A DNA stretch of 64,000 nucleotides from Candidatus Helarchaeota archaeon (GTDB lineage Archaea > Asgardarchaeota > Lokiarchaeia > Helarchaeales > RDOG01), in the NCBI GenBank assembly GCA_019058315.1, contig JAHPZH010000003.1:169669-233668 (forward strand). The letters run 5' to 3'. A program made the translations under genes and the position numbers. Shown here piece by piece: positions 59,925 to 64,000 of this stretch. The number at the start of each line of letters is the position of its first letter. Positions within the stretch are counted from its first letter, which is position 1. Under the pieces are notes generated by a model that made no database searches, was not told where the DNA came from, and worked only from the letters and a program-made list of their open reading frames with translations.

Positions 59925-60851
59925 TTATGAAAAATCTTCTAAGATTTGATCTAATATCCCAAGAGCACTTTTTATGGCATTTTCATTTTCACATACATGA
60001 TCTCCAATCATGAAATTCTTGTAACCTAATTTTATTCCAAAACCAATATCACACAAGTCAGAACATGACGGGATTGATTTTGGATTGAGGGTTGAAAGCA
60101 AAATTCTTGAAGCTAAAATAGCTTGGGGATCTTTTTCAATAATTAATTTCATTGCATTTAATATTTCATGGGGACGATCTATTTCGATATAAAGATCTCC
60201 TCTAGCAGCCAATAATTTCACTTTATCTTTGACTAAAGAATATCGAAATTTTATGAACTCTAACCCTTTCTCAGTTTCAATTTTTGCAACCATTTTTGCT
60301 TCGGGATCTAATTCCAAAACGTCCTTAACATCAGATATTTGCTCAACAAAGGAGATCATATAGTTGTGTATATCGCATTCTTTTGAGGCTTCGATATATT
60401 TAATGTCATTTTCTGTCAAATAACCATAAATTTTCAAAGAATTATCTGGGATATTGATAGATGCACCTTTGCCAAATCGAATCTCAAAATCTTCAGGGGC
60501 TTTTTTTGGAGTTTTTATTTTAAGTTTATTTCCATCAATTATTTCTTCGATTATTAAATACCTTTCTCCTTCATTAAAATACATTGCAGTTGGAAGTTTT
60601 ACTTCAATTTCATGATTAAGCGGAATTAATTCCTTTGGTACTCTCACATTTTCGGCGATTCTTAATTCTCTGCATTTTAAATCAATCCATAGTTCTTTGT
60701 TTTTCACTTTATTTTTCAAAATTTCAATAATTTCTTGAGGAGTTTGTGAAAACGGGATTGCAGAATTAAATCGTAATCCCACTATCCTGGGATGGCGAAG
60801 TATAGGATCAAGATAATCAGCAAATGGATGTATAGTTACAAATATACTCAA
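59925..60851 (-). CDS. Divergent pyruvate-kinase-barrel protein lacking the C-terminal allosteric domain
   Basis: SFVE, AKIETEKG and AARGDLYIEI retained; RFNSA, DLKCRELR and ASRIL are divergent. Confidence 0.75.
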   Translation of the reverse strand: MSIFVTIHPFADYLDPILRHPRIVGLRFNSAIPFSQTPQEIIEILKNKVKNKELWIDLKCRELRIAENVRVPKELIPLNHEIEVKLPTAMYFNEGERYLIIEEIIDGNKLKIKTPKKAPEDFEIRFGKGASINIPDNSLKIYGYLTENDIKYIEASKECDIHNYMISFVEQISDVKDVLELDPEAKMVAKIETEKGLEFIKFRYSLVKDKVKLLAARGDLYIEIDRPHEILNAMKLIIEKDPQAILASRILLSTLNPKSIPSCSDLCDIGFGIKLGYKNFMIGDHVCENENAIKSALGILDQILEDFS

Positions 60852-61170
60852 TTTAAGCCCTCTTTTTCGATTTGCCTATTTTTATTTTAATTAATGAATT
60901 CAGTTTATAATTTTTTTTAAAGTTTTTAATAACGAAACATCTAGAAATATATACAGTTATTTTACAAATTATTCCTTTTTAATAAATTTCCTTTCAAAAA
61001 ATCCCTCCCTTTTTACCTTTAAAATCCGCTCGTAATTAAAGCTCGATTTAAAAGCAGACTTTTATTTCAAAAAAATATTAAATAATGGTAGATTATGGAG
61101 CTTTTCTTCTTTTTACTCGCTAGACCTTCCAGAGGTCAACTGAATTTCATAAGTAGGACCTTATTGTAAA

Positions 61171-62049
61171 TTAATTATTAGAATGGTCAGCGATAATTAA
61201 TATTTGATGTTCTGGTACAAGAGGTTCATTCAATCCAAGATATTTCGTTTTAATTATATCATATCCATATGATTTCAGAATTTTATCCCATCCTTTTAGG
61301 CTAAGAAAATTAAGAGGTACAGTAATATCTTCATCTCCAATTACTCGATTGTAAAACCAATCAAAAAAGCAATTACACATCCTTATATCATCTTTTTCAA
61401 TATAGCCTTCAATAATTACTAATCGTTTTTTAGTTATTCTCGTTGCTTCCTTCAACAAATGTTCAGGGTCGTTCGCATGATGCAACACGGTATATAAAAT
61501 GGTAGTATCTACTTCTTTATCTGATAAAGGTATCTTTTTCTCTGGATTATATAAGATCAATGGTAGTTCTGTGTGATTATAATCCACAATATCAACCAGT
61601 ATTACATCTTTCTCGAGTTGTTTTTTTACTTCTAAGCCTAGAAACCCCTCTCCAGCACCGAGATCAAGTATTTTCTCTCCAATAAGATATTCTGCAATTA
61701 ATTTAAAACTCCTTTTAGCACGTTTATATGAATTACCCTTTCGATCTTTTTCATCATCAACACGTCTTCGGATAAATTTTCTCAGCGTTTCTTCGACTTT
61801 AATGAGAGGTTTTCCTTTTTTTAGTCCTTTATTTATAGTTCTATTTACATAGAACCAAAAAATATGTCTTTTAAAAAAATTCAAATTAGCATTTTTCATA
61901 GCAGATAGAAATAATGACCGAATTTTATTCCAATAGTGCTTTTCTTTTTTGTTTTTCTTAGAAAATATTGGATATATGATATTTTGTACAAGATCTATGT
62001 CGTTTTGATTAACAGGTTTGTGAAATTTTATCATTTCTTTTTGAATCAT
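61171..62049 (-). CDS. Class I SAM-dependent methyltransferase
   Basis: ILDLGAGEG, LVDI and VLHHA..PEHLLKEA. Confidence 0.88.
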   Translation of the reverse strand: MIQKEMIKFHKPVNQNDIDLVQNIIYPIFSKKNKKEKHYWNKIRSLFLSAMKNANLNFFKRHIFWFYVNRTINKGLKKGKPLIKVEETLRKFIRRRVDDEKDRKGNSYKRAKRSFKLIAEYLIGEKILDLGAGEGFLGLEVKKQLEKDVILVDIVDYNHTELPLILYNPEKKIPLSDKEVDTTILYTVLHHANDPEHLLKEATRITKKRLVIIEGYIEKDDIRMCNCFFDWFYNRVIGDEDITVPLNFLSLKGWDKILKSYGYDIIKTKYLGLNEPLVPEHQILIIADHSNN

Positions 62050-62072
62050 TTATTTGACACAACCTCTATTAG

Positions 62073-62118
62073 ATAAGTGAGCAATTACTCACTTATAAAG
62101 TTTATGAGTAATTACTCA
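62073..62118. promoter_or_regulatory. Two palindromic TetR-type operators
   Basis: ataagtgagCAATTActcacttat (62073-62096) and perfect tgagtaattactca (62105-62118), between the divergent MTase and TetR genes. Confidence 0.8.
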
Positions 62119-62130
62119 CTTAATATAATT

Positions 62131-62748
62131 ATGAAATCAAGTAAAAAATTTTCACGAAATAAACAAGAAAAAATTAATTTGATTTATGATACATTTTTTA
62201 AATTAATCTTAAAACAGGGATATCACAAAACAAGCACAAATCATGTTGCAAAATCAGCTAAAATTAGTATTGGAACCATCTACAAATATTTTCCGAAAGG
62301 AAAAATAGATATCATAAGAAGATATTTTGAAAAATCGATGGAAACGTTTTTAGATAGTCAACAATTAAGCAATATGAATGATGAAAATGTAAGAGATTTG
62401 CTCAATCATTTTGTATTAGATTTATTTGAAAATCATAAGAAAAATAAAGGATATAACCTAGCTCTTAGATCTGCAATACAATCAGATAAAATATTGCATG
62501 ATGTACATAAAGAGAAGATTTTCCATTTTTTTAAAGAGTTAGTGCAGAAATTAAGGAAATCAAATGAAAATTTTAAGCAAATCTCCGAAAAAAAATTAGT
62601 AGATGTATTTATTTTCATGTATAATCTTGTTAATGCAATTTTATATCATCATTTATCAATAATGGAATTATTTGATACAGATGATAAATTTATAGATTAT
62701 CTTTCAGACTTAGTGGCATTTTCATTACAGTATTATTTTAAAACATAA
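62131..62748 (+). CDS. TetR/AcrR family transcriptional regulator
   Basis: GYHKTSTNHVAKSAKISIGTIYKYFPKGK HTH; start re-set to ATG 62131. Confidence 0.92.
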   Translation: MKSSKKFSRNKQEKINLIYDTFFKLILKQGYHKTSTNHVAKSAKISIGTIYKYFPKGKIDIIRRYFEKSMETFLDSQQLSNMNDENVRDLLNHFVLDLFENHKKNKGYNLALRSAIQSDKILHDVHKEKIFHFFKELVQKLRKSNENFKQISEKKLVDVFIFMYNLVNAILYHHLSIMELFDTDDKFIDYLSDLVAFSLQYYFKT

Positions 62749-62798
62749 AGAAATTGAATCCATGGACTAAACAGAAAGTTGAATTAATTATCTCCGAT

Positions 62799-64000
62799 TT
62801 ATCCTTTAAGTTCAGAGATAAATTTTTCACAATTTGCACAATAAATTAGGAATTTTTTATAAAGAAATAGATAATCATCACAAAGTGGGCAAGTTCGTTC
62901 AAGAGGCTCCATTTCAGCCATCTTTAGTTGATCTTCTAAAGGATAGTTAGGATGAGATTTCAAATAATTATCAACTTTTTCAATACTACAATTAATTTCT
63001 ATATTATATTCATGCTTTGGGTCATTATACTGCTCTATATTGTCCGTACTTTCATCATATTCAACTTTTTCAATATTTTGAACTTCTACCTCCTCATCTA
63101 AAGATTGTACATTTTTTTCTTGATTTATGATCTCATCAAGTTCTTCTAACACTAGATCTTGAACTTCTGTATAATCATTTAGTATTTTAATAAATTCAAG
63201 TACGAAATAAAATCCAGGTACTAAAATAAAAAACGATAATAATGAAATATTTCTCAAACTAAGTAAAATATTATGGGGAATAACTAATAGTGATAAATAA
63301 AATAAAGGAATGCCCGGAATAAGTAGTCCTACACCAATTACTAGATATAGTATTGAAATTAATGGAAATTTAGTTGTTGGCGGAGATATTACGATTCTTT
63401 CTTGAGTTTGCCTATAAAAAACAAAACCAATTACTAAATTTATGAAAATTAGAGGAATATATGAATAAAGCATTAACGAATTAAAATAATTATATTCATC
63501 GTAAATAAAGACTGTAACAAACAAGTTTGAAAAAACTAATCCGATTATTCCCGCTGTTAAAGCACTAATACCAGTGCCTATAGATAGGATTCTATTCTTC
63601 ATATACTTATTGTAAACAATAAATTGGATACCTAGTAGGAAAAAAAATAATCCAAAGAAATTAAATTGAATTTGCCAAAGACGATTATTTAACATCAATG
63701 ATAAAGGACTATTTTTATCTTGTAATAATTCCAGTAAAATGAGAATATGTTGTGGATTATTTCTGTAAAAAATTATATAGAAAAATATATAAGACACAGG
63801 ATTTACAGTAGGTGCAACTAATTGATAAAAAAAGATGAAAACAAATAATAATCCTGATGTTATTGTCATTACAAATACAAATAAGGAAAGAATTTTCCCT
63901 TTTTCTTTATAAAATTGAAGAAAATAATCCCCCATTAGAATGATGCCTACACCAATTAGCAAAAAAATCCATGAATTTTGATAAATTGAATAGTAAGAAT
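62799..64000 (-). CDS. Polytopic membrane protein with acidic linker and C-terminal zinc ribbon; 5' end lies beyond the window
   Basis: At least 7 hydrophobic segments; CPLC...CANC; the frame stays open to the window edge. Confidence 0.7.
   Translation of the reverse strand, partial: SYYSIYQNSWIFLLIGVGIILMGDYFLQFYKEKGKILSLFVFVMTITSGLLFVFIFFYQLVAPTVNPVSYIFFYIIFYRNNPQHILILLELLQDKNSPLSLMLNNRLWQIQFNFFGLFFFLLGIQFIVYNKYMKNRILSIGTGISALTAGIIGLVFSNLFVTVFIYDEYNYFNSLMLYSYIPLIFINLVIGFVFYRQTQERIVISPPTTKFPLISILYLVIGVGLLIPGIPLFYLSLLVIPHNILLSLRNISLLSFFILVPGFYFVLEFIKILNDYTEVQDLVLEELDEIINQEKNVQSLDEEVEVQNIEKVEYDESTDNIEQYNDPKHEYNIEINCSIEKVDNYLKSHPNYPLEDQLKMAEMEPLERTCPLCDDYLFLYKKFLIYCANCEKFISELKG

Noticed and set aside
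62077-62130. MSNYSL x2 peptide repeat at the TetR N-terminus
   Set aside because: It is a translation of the two operator palindromes, not a protein repeat.
1-64000. rRNA, tRNA, IS elements, integrase or provirus
   Set aside because: I saw no GC-rich structured RNA segment, transposase, integrase or terminal inverted repeats by eye. A covariance-model scan was not run.

Overview
AT-rich, gene-dense archaeal chromosomal segment. It is most likely from an Asgard archaeon (Loki/Hel-type). This is inferred from eS30, Alba, GGTGA/GGAG ribosome-binding sites, many TTG/GTG starts, and a dense set of eukaryote-signature-like proteins: roadblock, RING, PCI-like winged helix, PH/GRAM-like and HEAT/TPR. 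Ordinary content includes acyl-CoA ligases, three nitroreductases, an orphan N4-C methyltransferase, TrmO, a DapL-type lysine cluster (dapA-dapB-lysA-dapL), AOR, DinB, SfsA, cyclophilin, Hsp20, GyaR, a CaiB transferase, dodecin and TetR. I saw no rRNA, tRNA, CRISPR array or IS element. Main points of interest: (1) A rearranged, duplicated RING locus at about 36.7-40.9 kb, with an unannotated 56-aa stand-alone RING protein and two membrane-anchored ZnF-RING paralogs. The paralogs share a promoter and C-terminus but have dissimilar membrane N-termini, and are separated by fused remnants of both flanking genes. (2) A HEAT-ZnF-RING + roadblock + tandem-ACT cluster beside the lysine operon, reminiscent of TORC1 amino-acid-sensing parts (speculative). 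(3) A vWA / ThyA-like / PCI-repeat / divergent QueC run. (4) A CYTH gene with no canonical start codon. (5) A sulfatase-fold enzyme with Thr at the formylglycine position. All calls come from motif recognition by eye; no searches were run.
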